Shown here piece by piece: positions 54,604 through 63,575 of a stretch of DNA of 64,000 nucleotides. A model generated the notes under the pieces. The model had not been told where the DNA came from and did no database searches. It was given only the letters and a program-made list of their open reading frames with translations. The number at the start of each line of letters is the position of its first letter. Positions within the stretch are counted from its first letter, which is position 1. The translations under genes and the position numbers were made by a program. The DNA comes from an uncultured Oscillospiraceae bacterium. GTDB taxonomy: Bacteria; Bacillota; Clostridia; Christensenellales; Aristaeellaceae. The DNA lies in contig CAZKQB010000009.1 in NCBI GenBank assembly GCA_964554795.1, forward strand, positions 6,719 through 70,718. The letters are read 5' to 3'.

Positions 54604-55416
54604 ATGAAGCTTTCGTTTACTACGCTCGGCTGCCCGGATTGGAGCTTTGAGAGGATTTTGGATGAAGCGCAGAGGATGGGCTTTCCCGCCATAGAGATAC
54701 GCGGCGTTGAGGGCAAAATGCTCGCTGACGAAATTGAGTTTTTTAAGCCCGGCCGCCAGCAGGACACCAAGCGTATGCTGAAGGCGCATGGACTGGCAAT
54801 GTGTGCGTTCGGCTCCTCCATCAATTTTCATGACCCAGAGAAGCTTTCCACCATGTTGGAGGAGGGACGCCGGGCAATCGACGTTTGCCAGAGCATGGGC
54901 ATTCCACATATTCGCGTGTTCGGCGACAGAATCCCCGAGGGACGCACCGTCGACGAGGCTGCGCAGCTGGCGGCGGATGGCATCCGGCAGCTCTGCGCCT
55001 ATGCGGACGGCACAAATGTGGACATTCTGCTGGAGGTGCACGGCAACTTCAACACCATCGAGGTGATGAAGAGCCTGATCGAAAAGGTGGATGATCCGCA
55101 TTTCGGTATTCTGTGGGATATTGAGCACAGCGATAAGATCTATGGCGACAATTTCCTGCCGTTCTATGAAACGGTAAAGCCGCGTCTCCGCCACGTGCAC
55201 GTGAAGGATCACGTTCGTATGCCCGATGGCACGTTTGCACTCTGCCACGTAGGCGACGGAGATATCCCGATTGCTGCCATCGTGAAAAAGCTGACGGAGG
55301 ACGGCTTCGACGGATACTGCTCCCTCGAGTGGGAAAAGAAATGGCATCCGGAACTGCCTGACTGCGATACGGAGTTCCCGTTCTACCATGATTTCATGAA
55401 GAATTGCCTGAAGTAA
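54604..55416 (+). CDS. sugar phosphate isomerase/epimerase (xylose-isomerase-like TIM barrel)
   Basis: 270 aa. MKLSFTTLGCPDWSFERILDEAQRMGFPAIEIR... and SLEWE near the C-terminus. Confidence 0.8.
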   Translation: MKLSFTTLGCPDWSFERILDEAQRMGFPAIEIRGVEGKMLADEIEFFKPGRQQDTKRMLKAHGLAMCAFGSSINFHDPEKLSTMLEEGRRAIDVCQSMGIPHIRVFGDRIPEGRTVDEAAQLAADGIRQLCAYADGTNVDILLEVHGNFNTIEVMKSLIEKVDDPHFGILWDIEHSDKIYGDNFLPFYETVKPRLRHVHVKDHVRMPDGTFALCHVGDGDIPIAAIVKKLTEDGFDGYCSLEWEKKWHPELPDCDTEFPFYHDFMKNCLK

Positions 55417-55430
55417 AAGGCATCCTGTTT

Positions 55431-55473
55431 CAAAATCCGCCCGGCAGAAGTGCAATCTGCCGGGCGGATTTTG
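55431..55473. terminator. bidirectional terminator hairpin
   Basis: CAAAATCCGCCCGGCAG...CTGCCGGGCGGATTTTG, a 17-bp perfect stem. Confidence 0.8.
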
Positions 55474-55537
55474 AATAGAGCGCATGGCTGTTGCCGTAAC
55501 ATAAAACAGGCGGGGAAGGGTCCCTGCTGTGAAGCTT

Positions 55538-56605
55538 TTACCGGAACAGGTCTGCGTTCTGACGGTAAGCCTCCTCGGTGATTTTGAGCTGGAGGCGAAC
55601 CTCGTCGTTTTTGATCAGGAAGGGGGCACCGGTGGTCAGGGTATCGTAGAGAGCGTTATAGTAGTTCAGGCCCTTGGAGTTGAAGGTACGCGCCTCCTCT
55701 GCGTTCGGGATCCACTCTTCCTCGTGCATGGGCAGCTCCTCGCCGCAGTAGATGGGTGTACAATCCTCGGTGCGCAGCGGAATGGTTGTAAGGTGTTGCT
55801 CGGGCGCTTCCTCGTCTACGTAGTACTTCCACTTGAGGCCGTTGTCCGTTCCGGTCAGGCAGCCGCGAGTGCCGTGCACCTGGTAGGTGTCCTTGCCGTA
55901 GCCGAAGGCGGAAGAGATTTCGATGTCGCACACGGGCGCGCCGGGCGCGCGAAGGATCATCTTTACATAGTCCTCACCATCGCCATAGGTGTGTGCGCAG
56001 TCCATGGCGCAGAACACGTTGACGTCCTGCGGATGTCCCATCACATCAAGCGCCCAGTCCATCGGGTGCGGGCCGGTGTTGCGCAGGCTACCGGCGGAGA
56101 AACCGTGCACGGTCTGCCAGTCCCAGCGACGGGCGAAGCCGTCAAAATTGAAGGAATACTGAACCGGCCGCCCCAGCTTTCCGCTGGCGACGATCTCGCG
56201 CATTTTCATGTAGGCGGGCGCAAAGCGATACTGCTGGAAGATAAAGTACTGCTTATTGTGCTCCCTTGCGGCTCTCAGCGCGCATTCGAAATCATTCACG
56301 TTTCCGGATGCAGGCTTTTCGGAGAGCACGTCGAAGCCAGCCGTGAGCAGGTCGTAGCTGATGCGGGCATGGTCAAAGGAGAAGGAAGCGTTGATTACGA
56401 GGTCGATGTCGGTGCGACCGAACAGGTCGCGATAGTTGCTCAGCGCCTGTATGCCGTTTTCGCGCTCGATCATCTCGCGACGTTCCTTATCCTGATCTAC
56501 AAAGGCGACGAATTCATATTTGTCGGGCAGCTGCATAAGCAGCTTTCTGTGGATATTCCTGCCGCTTCGTCCATAGCCAATCAGAGCAACACGAATTTTC
56601 TTCAA
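55538..56605 (-). CDS. Gfo/Idh/MocA family oxidoreductase
   Basis: ORF 55538..56713. The best start is TTG at 56605, 8 nt after AAGGAGG, giving (M)KKIRVALIGYGRSGRNIH. EKP motif (LSEKPAS). Confidence 0.8.
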   Translation of the reverse strand: MKKIRVALIGYGRSGRNIHRKLLMQLPDKYEFVAFVDQDKERREMIERENGIQALSNYRDLFGRTDIDLVINASFSFDHARISYDLLTAGFDVLSEKPASGNVNDFECALRAAREHNKQYFIFQQYRFAPAYMKMREIVASGKLGRPVQYSFNFDGFARRWDWQTVHGFSAGSLRNTGPHPMDWALDVMGHPQDVNVFCAMDCAHTYGDGEDYVKMILRAPGAPVCDIEISSAFGYGKDTYQVHGTRGCLTGTDNGLKWKYYVDEEAPEQHLTTIPLRTEDCTPIYCGEELPMHEEEWIPNAEEARTFNSKGLNYYNALYDTLTTGAPFLIKNDEVRLQLKITEEAYRQNADLFR

Positions 56606-56786
56606 AATAAACGCCTCCTTTAATGGGCACGAAGCTGTGCCTGCTGGAGATATTGTAGCATGCGAACGAGCCGAAAACAATGCAGAAAAGAAAAGCGCGT
56701 ATATACTTTTCAACAGATGCGTCGCGGAGCCGGTGTTTATCCATGTATTAAATTTCGATCACATTCGCTCGGAAACGCGCCGTGCT

Positions 56787-56815
56787 CTTGCCGAGGGGGC
56801 CGTTTTGATGTATAA
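56787..56815 (+). promoter_or_regulatory. promoter of the RNA methyltransferase/GH127 pair
   Basis: TTGCCG, 17-nt spacer, TATAAT. Confidence 0.5.
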
Positions 56816-56851
56816 TGGCATGAAACAACGAAGAATACGGGAGAAAGCGCT

Positions 56852-58018
56852 ATGAAATGGATTGCCTCCGCCGCATTTGGCATGGAGGGGTTGACGGGCC
56901 GCGATCTGAAACGGATGGGTGCGGAAGATGTTCGGGTTCTGAACGTGGGCGGCGCGGAGTTTTCCGGCACGCTTGAAAGCGCCATGAGGGCCAATCTCTG
57001 GCTGCGCTGCGCCGACCATATTTCGCTGGTTGTGGGCGAGTTCCCTGCGCGCAGCTTTGAAGAGCTGTTCGAGGGAGTCCGCAGGATTGAGTGGGCGGAC
57101 TATCTTGCACGCGACAGCGCGTTTCCGGTGCGGGCGCGCTGCGTGAAGAGCGTTTTGATGAGCCAGACGGATACGCAGAAGATCGTGAAAAAGGCTGTGG
57201 CCGAGAAGCTGAAGGGAGCCTACGGCGTTTCGTGGTTTGATGAAACGGGCGCGACGGTGCAGATCGACGTCAGCATACGCGACGATCTGGTAACCGTGTC
57301 GCTGGACGCCTCCGGCGAGCCGCTGTCCCGGCGAGGCTACCGCACGTGGAACGGCGAGGCACCGCTGCGCGAGACGCTGGCTGCTGCGCTGATTCTGACC
57401 AGCGGGTGGCATCCGTGGCAGCCGCTGTACGATCCCTGTTGCGGCACGGGCACGCTTTTGATTGAAGCGGCCTTCATTGCGCTCAACCGTGCACCGGGGC
57501 TCAGGCGGCCGTTTGCCATGGAAAAATGGCCATTTGCCAACGCATCGGCGCTGGAACGCGTTCGCCGCGAGGCGCAGAGCCGCTCGGATGAAGGCCAGCA
57601 GCGCGAGATTCGCATTGCGGGCTCCGACATCGACCCGGAGGCAATTGAGCTTGCGCGGAGGCACATCCGTCAGGCAGGCCTTGGCGGGCGGATCGAGGTC
57701 GAGGTAATGGACATGCGCGACGTTGTTCTGAGGGGTGAGCCGGGCGCAATTGTGGCCAATCCGCCGTATGGTGAGCGCATCGGCGATCGCCGTGTGGCAC
57801 ACGTCGTCGCGCGCCAGCTGGGCGAACTCTCCCGGCGCTGTCCGGGCTGGAATGTATATGCGTTTTCCGCCGATATGGGCTTTGAGCGCGAGTTCGGTCG
57901 CAGAGCCGACCGGCGCAGACGGTTCTATAACGGACGCATAGAGTGCGAGTATCACATGTTTGAGAACGGTACACCGGCTCAAAACGGTGGCGCGCATACG
58001 CGAGGAGGCAGAAAATGA
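56852..58018 (+). CDS. THUMP-domain class I SAM-dependent RNA methyltransferase (RlmL/YpsC-like)
   Basis: 388 aa. MKWIASAAFGMEGLTGRDLKRMG N-terminus, DPCCGTGTLLIEA motif I, NPPYGERIG motif IV. Confidence 0.85.
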   Translation: MKWIASAAFGMEGLTGRDLKRMGAEDVRVLNVGGAEFSGTLESAMRANLWLRCADHISLVVGEFPARSFEELFEGVRRIEWADYLARDSAFPVRARCVKSVLMSQTDTQKIVKKAVAEKLKGAYGVSWFDETGATVQIDVSIRDDLVTVSLDASGEPLSRRGYRTWNGEAPLRETLAAALILTSGWHPWQPLYDPCCGTGTLLIEAAFIALNRAPGLRRPFAMEKWPFANASALERVRREAQSRSDEGQQREIRIAGSDIDPEAIELARRHIRQAGLGGRIEVEVMDMRDVVLRGEPGAIVANPPYGERIGDRRVAHVVARQLGELSRRCPGWNVYAFSADMGFEREFGRRADRRRRFYNGRIECEYHMFENGTPAQNGGAHTRGGRK

Positions 58019-59958
58019 AAGCCATTTTCAACAAAGCACCGCTTACGACGAACACCCTGTCGCCCCTGTCGCTGGGCGCAATCCGCCCGGAGGGCTGGCT
58101 GCGCGCGCAGATGGAGACGCAGGCGAAGGGCATTACCGGAAAGCTTCGGGAAATCTGGCCGGACGTAGGCAACGGCTGCGCATGGCTGGGCGGCGAGGGC
58201 GACGGATGGGAGCGCGCGCCGTACTACCTGGACGGCTTGGTTTCGCTCGCGTGGGGATTGGATGACGAACAGCTGAAGGCCAGCGCGATGGATTACATCG
58301 AATGGATTCTGGCAAGTCAGCGCGAGGACGGCTGGTTCGGCCCGGAATTGAATGACGATTACTGGCCGCTGATGATCTGCCTGAAGGCGCTGTATCAGTA
58401 TTTCACCGCGACTATGGACAAGCGCGTGCTGCCGTTCATGGATAAATTCTTCAAATACGAATATCGAAACCTTGAAAGTAAACCCCTTCGCGGCTGGGCG
58501 TGTGCCCGCGGCGGAGAAAATATGCTGGCGGCATTGCAGCTTTACAACATCACGGGGCAGAAATACCTGCTGGAGCTGTGCAAAATGCTGCGCGGACAGA
58601 CGCTGGACTGGCCGAACATCTTCCACACCTTCCCGAACATTCAGCCGATGAGTCGTTCGCTTAAGTGGGAACGCCTGAAGAGCGCTCTGCAGGATGAAGA
58701 GGATGGCCTGGTTGGCACCGATCATCCGTACTTCAATACCTATTATCATCAGTCCCATGGCGTGAACGTGGCAATGGGGCTCAAAACGCCCGGCGTCATC
58801 AACATGTTCAAAAGCGGCTTCAAGGAGCAGGGCGGCTTCCGTTTTGGCTGGACGAAGCTTATGAAGCATCACGGCGTCGCCAGCGGCATCTTCACTGCCG
58901 ACGAGCATCTGAACGGCGCATCACCCACGCAGGGCACGGAAACCTGCGCCGTCGTTGAGGCGATGTATTCACTGGAAACGCTGATCGGCTGCGGCGATTT
59001 CGGGCAGGATCTTCCGGATATTCTGGAGAAGCTTGCGTATAATGCGCTGCCTGCGGCCTTTACCGCTGACATGATGGGACATCAGTACGACCAGCAGGCC
59101 AATCAGGTGGCCGCTACGTCGGAGCCGCGTCCGTGGTACAACAATGGTAAGGACAGCAATCTCTTTGGTCTTGAGCCGAACTTTGGCTGCTGCACGGCGA
59201 ATCTGCATCAGGGCTGGCCGAAATTCACGGCGTCTTTGTGGTATGCCACGAACGACGGCGGTCTTGCGGCCGTGAGCTACGCGCCCTGCAAGGTGCGCAC
59301 GGCGATTGACGGCGTGCCGGTGCGGCTGTCGGTCAGCGGTGGGTATCCGTTTGCGGAAAAGGTGGAAATCGAGGTTTCCGTCAAGCGCCCGATCGAGTTC
59401 CCGCTGTATCTGCGCGTGCCGTTCTGGGCGAAGCAGCCGGTTATCCACTTGCCTGAGGGCGAGATTATGACTGTGAAGGCGGGGGAAACCACCTGCATCC
59501 GTCGTCGCTGGACGAGCGGGGATGTTGTGAAGCTGGAGCTTCCGATGGAACCGCGCATTACTCGCTGGCATCATCAATCCGCAGCCGTGGAGCTGGGGCC
59601 GCTGCTGATGGCCTTCCGTCCGAAGGAGAACTGGCAGCGCGTGGGCGGTCCCGACGAGGCGCCTTCGTGGCAGGTAACCACGGACGAGGCGTGGAACTGG
59701 ACAATTCTGCGCTCGGAGCCGATGAAGGCCGTGTTTGGCGAAAATGCGGAGAACGCGTTCAAGGTGGGCGAACCGCCGGTGAAGGTGCTCGCCAAGCTGG
59801 GAAAGGCCGACGACTGGATGATGGACGGCGCGAATTGCGGCGTAACACCCATTCAGCCCAGCGTTCGCCGCGATTCGGTTGAAACGGTGGAGCTCGTGCC
59901 CTATGGCTTCACATCTCTGCGCATTTCTCAATTTCCGATTGCGGACGACGCGGAGTAA
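58015..59958 (+). CDS. GH127 family beta-L-arabinofuranosidase-like protein (DUF1680)
   Basis: 647 aa. E-x-C (TETCAVVE) and CC (NFGCCTANLHQGWPKF) match the Glu/Cys Zn-site pattern of GH127. ATGA overlap with the upstream gene. Confidence 0.75.
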   Translation: MKAIFNKAPLTTNTLSPLSLGAIRPEGWLRAQMETQAKGITGKLREIWPDVGNGCAWLGGEGDGWERAPYYLDGLVSLAWGLDDEQLKASAMDYIEWILASQREDGWFGPELNDDYWPLMICLKALYQYFTATMDKRVLPFMDKFFKYEYRNLESKPLRGWACARGGENMLAALQLYNITGQKYLLELCKMLRGQTLDWPNIFHTFPNIQPMSRSLKWERLKSALQDEEDGLVGTDHPYFNTYYHQSHGVNVAMGLKTPGVINMFKSGFKEQGGFRFGWTKLMKHHGVASGIFTADEHLNGASPTQGTETCAVVEAMYSLETLIGCGDFGQDLPDILEKLAYNALPAAFTADMMGHQYDQQANQVAATSEPRPWYNNGKDSNLFGLEPNFGCCTANLHQGWPKFTASLWYATNDGGLAAVSYAPCKVRTAIDGVPVRLSVSGGYPFAEKVEIEVSVKRPIEFPLYLRVPFWAKQPVIHLPEGEIMTVKAGETTCIRRRWTSGDVVKLELPMEPRITRWHHQSAAVELGPLLMAFRPKENWQRVGGPDEAPSWQVTTDEAWNWTILRSEPMKAVFGENAENAFKVGEPPVKVLAKLGKADDWMMDGANCGVTPIQPSVRRDSVETVELVPYGFTSLRISQFPIADDAE

Positions 59959-59969
59959 ACGCATAAAGG

Positions 59970-60008
59970 AACCCCGACCCGGGCAGCTGCTTCGGGTCGG
60001 GGTTTTTC
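59970..60008. terminator. bidirectional terminator
   Basis: AACCCCGACCCG...CGGGTCGGGGTT followed by TTTTTCTG. Confidence 0.8.
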
Positions 60009-60023
60009 TGTTCGCGGGAATGC

Positions 60024-61052
60024 TTACAGCGGCTTGCCCGCCAGCACCTCCAGATAGTCCTGATAGTTGCGGCGAAGCAGGGCGGGGGTATCCAGCCCGT
60101 AGGGGCAGAGGGATTTACAGTGCCCGCAGTTTACGCAGTCCGGAATCTTTTCCATCTTGGCGCGTCCGGCAGGAGAAAGAATGATGCCCGTGGGCGCGCG
60201 CCGCAGAAGCAGGGACGCGCGGGCGCAGGTGTTGATTTCAATGCCCTGCTGGCACGGCATACAGTAGCCGCAGCCGCGGCAGAAGTCTCCGGTCAGCTGC
60301 GAACGGTCGAAATCGATCATACGCTGCACATTCTCTGTGAGCGCAGGCTCGGTATCTATATAAGAAAGGAATTCGTCCAGCTCATTCTCGCGCTGAATGC
60401 CCCAGATCGGCAGCACGCTTTCATATTGCGCAAGGTAGGCATAGGCTGCCTCGGAATGCGTGATCAGGCCGCCGGAAAGCGCCTTCATGGCGATAAAGCC
60501 GACGTTCCTTTCCGCGCACAGCTTCACGAGCGAATGCTCCTGCTCGCCGCTCAGGTAACTGAAGGGGAACTGGAGCGTGTCGTAAAGTCCGCTTTCAACG
60601 GCCTCGCGCGCGACGTCCAGCCGATGATTTGTGAAACCGATGAAGCGGATTTTGCCCTGTGCTTTTGCCTCCAGCATAGCTTCGTACAGACCGGTGCCGT
60701 CGCCGGGCTTTGGGCAGAATGGGGGATTATGGAACTGGTACACGTCGATGCAGTCCGTCTTCAGAAGGGAAAGACTGGCTTCAAGATCCTTCCAGAAGCC
60801 CTCCGTATTGAGCGACGGGGTCTTGGTGGCGATGAAAAGTCCGCTCCACGCGCCGCCGAAGGCGAGACCGAGCTTTTCCTCGCTGTCGGTATAGGAGCGC
60901 GCGGTGTCGAAATAGGTAATGCCGCCCTCACGCGCTTTGCGCAGAAGACGAACGGCATCGTCCGAGGGGATACGCTGAATCGGCAGCGCGCCGAAACCGT
61001 TTTTCTGAACGGTGATTCCCGTTCTTCCGAGTGTAACGGTGAGCATGTACAC
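60024..61052 (-). CDS. aldo/keto reductase with C-terminal 4Fe-4S ferredoxin-type domain
   Basis: 342 aa. AKR N-terminus (GFGALPIQR...GITYFDTARSY). C-terminal Cys motifs CRGCGYCMPC and CVNCGHCKSLCP. Confidence 0.8.
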   Translation of the reverse strand: MYMLTVTLGRTGITVQKNGFGALPIQRIPSDDAVRLLRKAREGGITYFDTARSYTDSEEKLGLAFGGAWSGLFIATKTPSLNTEGFWKDLEASLSLLKTDCIDVYQFHNPPFCPKPGDGTGLYEAMLEAKAQGKIRFIGFTNHRLDVAREAVESGLYDTLQFPFSYLSGEQEHSLVKLCAERNVGFIAMKALSGGLITHSEAAYAYLAQYESVLPIWGIQRENELDEFLSYIDTEPALTENVQRMIDFDRSQLTGDFCRGCGYCMPCQQGIEINTCARASLLLRRAPTGIILSPAGRAKMEKIPDCVNCGHCKSLCPYGLDTPALLRRNYQDYLEVLAGKPL

Positions 61053-61060
61053 ACTTCCCT

Positions 61061-61681
61061 TTATCGAATGAAATTGGTAATCGGCCGCGCCTGTGGTGCA
61101 GGCGGGTTTACGCCGGCGGCCTTTGCAGCTTCAATGGCGTGCAGAAGCCACGCCATGTTGCGGCCGAGCGTTTGCATAACGGCGATGCCCTCCTCGTCCT
61201 TTAAGATATCCTCCGCCTTTGCGCCGTGTATCATCGGCCAGTAGCAGGAGGAAACGACGGGCATTTCGTTGATCAACAGATATTTGTTTAGTTGATCAAG
61301 AGTGGCCGTCGTGCCTGCGCGGCGCGCGGAGGCGATGCATGCCGCGGGCTTCAGGCGCATCAGCCTTCCGCCCGCGTAAAACGCGCGATCCATAAAGGAG
61401 GTAATCGCGCCGGAGGCGGAGGCGTAGTGCACGGGAGAGCCAAACACGAAGCCGTCGGCACTTTCCGCAAGGTCGAGAAAATCGTTTACACGGTCGTTGA
61501 TGGCGCAGCAGCCTGTCTGCCGGCAGAGATTGCAGGCAATGCAGCCGGATACGGGGCGAACGCCGACCCAGAAAATCTCGCCTTCCACGCCGTTTTTACT
61601 GAGTGAATCGGCGATGACGGACAGAGCGCAGTCGGTGCAGCCATGCTCATGGGGGCTTCCGTTCACAAGAATTACCTTCAT
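61061..61681 (-). CDS. flavodoxin-like / NADPH-dependent FMN reductase family protein (iron-sulfur flavoprotein-like)
   Basis: ORF 61061..61732. ATG at 61681 follows AAGGAGGG. MKVILVNGSPHEHGCT...CIACNLCRQTGCC Cys cluster. Confidence 0.75.
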   Translation of the reverse strand: MKVILVNGSPHEHGCTDCALSVIADSLSKNGVEGEIFWVGVRPVSGCIACNLCRQTGCCAINDRVNDFLDLAESADGFVFGSPVHYASASGAITSFMDRAFYAGGRLMRLKPAACIASARRAGTTATLDQLNKYLLINEMPVVSSCYWPMIHGAKAEDILKDEEGIAVMQTLGRNMAWLLHAIEAAKAAGVNPPAPQARPITNFIR

Positions 61682-61778
61682 AAAACATCCCTCCTTAGTC
61701 TCCATCATAGTACGTTTGCCCGGTTTCGTCAAGCACGGGATTTTCTCAGAAGATATATGATATTTTTTGGTTAATCCA

Positions 61779-61807
61779 TTGATTTCCTCTGGAACGTGTG
61801 ATAAAAT
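61779..61807 (+). promoter_or_regulatory. promoter of the alpha (rpsM) operon
   Basis: TTGATT, 17-nt spacer, TAAAAT with a TG extension (TGATAAAAT). A ~175-nt GC-rich leader follows. Confidence 0.5.
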
Positions 61808-61989
61808 GCTTTACTGGTACGGTTTGTACTCACGTAGAAATGGCATGCGATGCGGCTGGCCGCGCGTCCGCGTGGTTTTCGTGTGCCTTTCGATATGCCG
61901 CACGCGTTTATGGTGACGCCAATCGCCGGAAAACGCAAGCGGAAGGAGCCGGAAAACCGGCAGGACGAAGTTGGAGGTGCTTTACACAG

Positions 61990-62367
61990 ATGGCACGTAT
62001 CGCAGGTGTCGACCTTCCCAGAGAAAAGAGAATCGAGATCGCCCTGACGTATATCTATGGCATTGGCCGGAATATTGCGGACGATATCATTGAAGCGACC
62101 GGTGTCAATCCCGATACCCGAGTCAAGGATCTGACCGAGCAGGAAATCGGTAAGCTGCGCGACTATATCGATCACAACCTCAAGGTAGAGGGTGATCTCC
62201 GCCGCGAGGTTTCCATGAACATCAAGCGCCTGATGGAAATCGGCTGCTACCGCGGTCTGCGTCACCGCAAGGGTCTGCCCGTTCGCGGCCAGAACACCAA
62301 GCAGAACGCCCGTACCCGCAAGGGCCCGAAGAAGCAGGTGGCCGGCAAGAAGAAGGCGGCGAAGTAA
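61990..62367 (+). CDS. rpsM: 30S ribosomal protein S13
   Basis: ORF 61798..62367. Canonical start [26 protein letters not shown] after GGAGG. Confidence 0.97.
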   Translation: MARIAGVDLPREKRIEIALTYIYGIGRNIADDIIEATGVNPDTRVKDLTEQEIGKLRDYIDHNLKVEGDLRREVSMNIKRLMEIGCYRGLRHRKGLPVRGQNTKQNARTRKGPKKQVAGKKKAAK

Positions 62368-62405
62368 TCCCGCCTGCTGGATTGATGATTTAGGAGGAAA
62401 TTCTT

Positions 62406-62801
62406 ATGGCAAAGTCGCTGAAGAAGGTCGTTCGCAAGCGCCGCGAGAAGAAGCTCGTGGAGCGCGGCGCGGCCCATATCCGCTCTTCTTTCAATAACAC
62501 GATCGTGACGATCACCGACGCCAACGGCAATGCGCTGTCTTGGGCGTCCGCCGGCGGACTCGGCTTCCGCGGAAGCAAGAAGTCCACGCCGTTCGCTGCG
62601 CAGTCTGCCGCCGAAACCGCCGCGAAGAATGCGATGGATTACGGCCTCAAGACCGTTGAAGTGTTCGTCAAGGGCCCCGGCGCCGGCCGTGAAGCCGCGA
62701 TTCGTTCACTGCAGACCGCCGGTCTCGAAGTGACCATGATCAAGGACGTGACGCCCATCCCCCACAATGGATGCCGCCCGCCCAAGCGCAGAAGAGTGTA
62801 A
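62406..62801 (+). CDS. rpsK: 30S ribosomal protein S11
   Basis: 131 aa. [46 protein letters not shown] is canonical S11. Confidence 0.97.
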   Translation: MAKSLKKVVRKRREKKLVERGAAHIRSSFNNTIVTITDANGNALSWASAGGLGFRGSKKSTPFAAQSAAETAAKNAMDYGLKTVEVFVKGPGAGREAAIRSLQTAGLEVTMIKDVTPIPHNGCRPPKRRRV

Positions 62802-62816
62802 CAGGAGGAACAGCAA

Positions 62817-63443
62817 ATGGCTAGATATACTGGTTCGGTTTGCCGCCTTTGCCGTCGTGAGGGCTGCAAGCTTTTCCTGAAGGGTGACCGTTGCTACGGT
62901 CCCAATTGCGCAGTCGGCAAGCGTCCGACTCCGCCCGGCGAACATGGTCAGGCTCGTCAGCGCAAGCAGAGCGAATACGGCATGCAGCTTCGCGAGAAGC
63001 AGAAGGCCAAGAGAGCGTACGGCGTTCTCGAAACCCAGTTCCATCGTTACTTTGAGTCCGCTACCCGCGAAAAGGGCATCACCGGCGAGAACCTGCTGGT
63101 TCTGCTTGAGCGCCGCCTGGACAACGTGGTGTATCGCTGCGGCTTCGGCTCCTCCAGAGCGCAGGCCCGTCAGCTGGTTCGTCATGGCCACATTCGCGTG
63201 AACGGCAAAAAAGTCAACATCCCCTCCTTCCTTGTGAACGTGGGCGATGTGATCACCATCCGCGAGAAGAGCGCGGAGGCCGAGCATTTCAAGGCGCTGC
63301 GTGAAGGCTCCGGCAAGATGATTCCGAAGTGGATCACCGTTGACAACGAGAACCTCAAGGCGACCGTTGCGGCGGCTCCCGCGAGAGACGACATCGATCT
63401 GACGATCCAGGAGAACCTGATCGTCGAGCTGTACTCCAGATAA
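62817..63443 (+). CDS. rpsD: 30S ribosomal protein S4
   Basis: 208 aa. [26 protein letters not shown]... plus an S4 RNA-binding domain ([27 protein letters not shown]). Confidence 0.97.
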   Translation: MARYTGSVCRLCRREGCKLFLKGDRCYGPNCAVGKRPTPPGEHGQARQRKQSEYGMQLREKQKAKRAYGVLETQFHRYFESATREKGITGENLLVLLERRLDNVVYRCGFGSSRAQARQLVRHGHIRVNGKKVNIPSFLVNVGDVITIREKSAEAEHFKALREGSGKMIPKWITVDNENLKATVAAAPARDDIDLTIQENLIVELYSR

Positions 63444-63575
63444 TCAAGCGTTTGAGTTTGATGGCATCTCTGTGCGGCGGCTTGGAATGGGTTCATGCTA
63501 AGACGTGGCACAAGGATCGAGCACCGCTAAAAGCGGTTTGAGACCGCTTTCGCGATGGAGAGGAGGATACGCCGA

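Noticed and set aside
56759-59964. Series of long - strand ORFs (56759-57997, 57979-58908, 58969-59964) opposite the RNA methyltransferase and GH127 genes
   Set aside because: They are mirror-frame artefacts. The + strand products carry diagnostic motifs (NPPYGERIG; E-x-C and CC of GH127).
61798-61989. N-terminal extensions implied by the longest-ORF track. Examples: rpsM from 61798, rpsO from 25218, prs from 36416, nahK from 42213, and the secreted protein from 27180.
   Set aside because: The canonical protein N-termini begin at internal starts that are mostly preceded by GGAGG-type RBS (prs, whose start has no SD, is the exception). The upstream extensions are not protein-like and overlap promoters or leaders.
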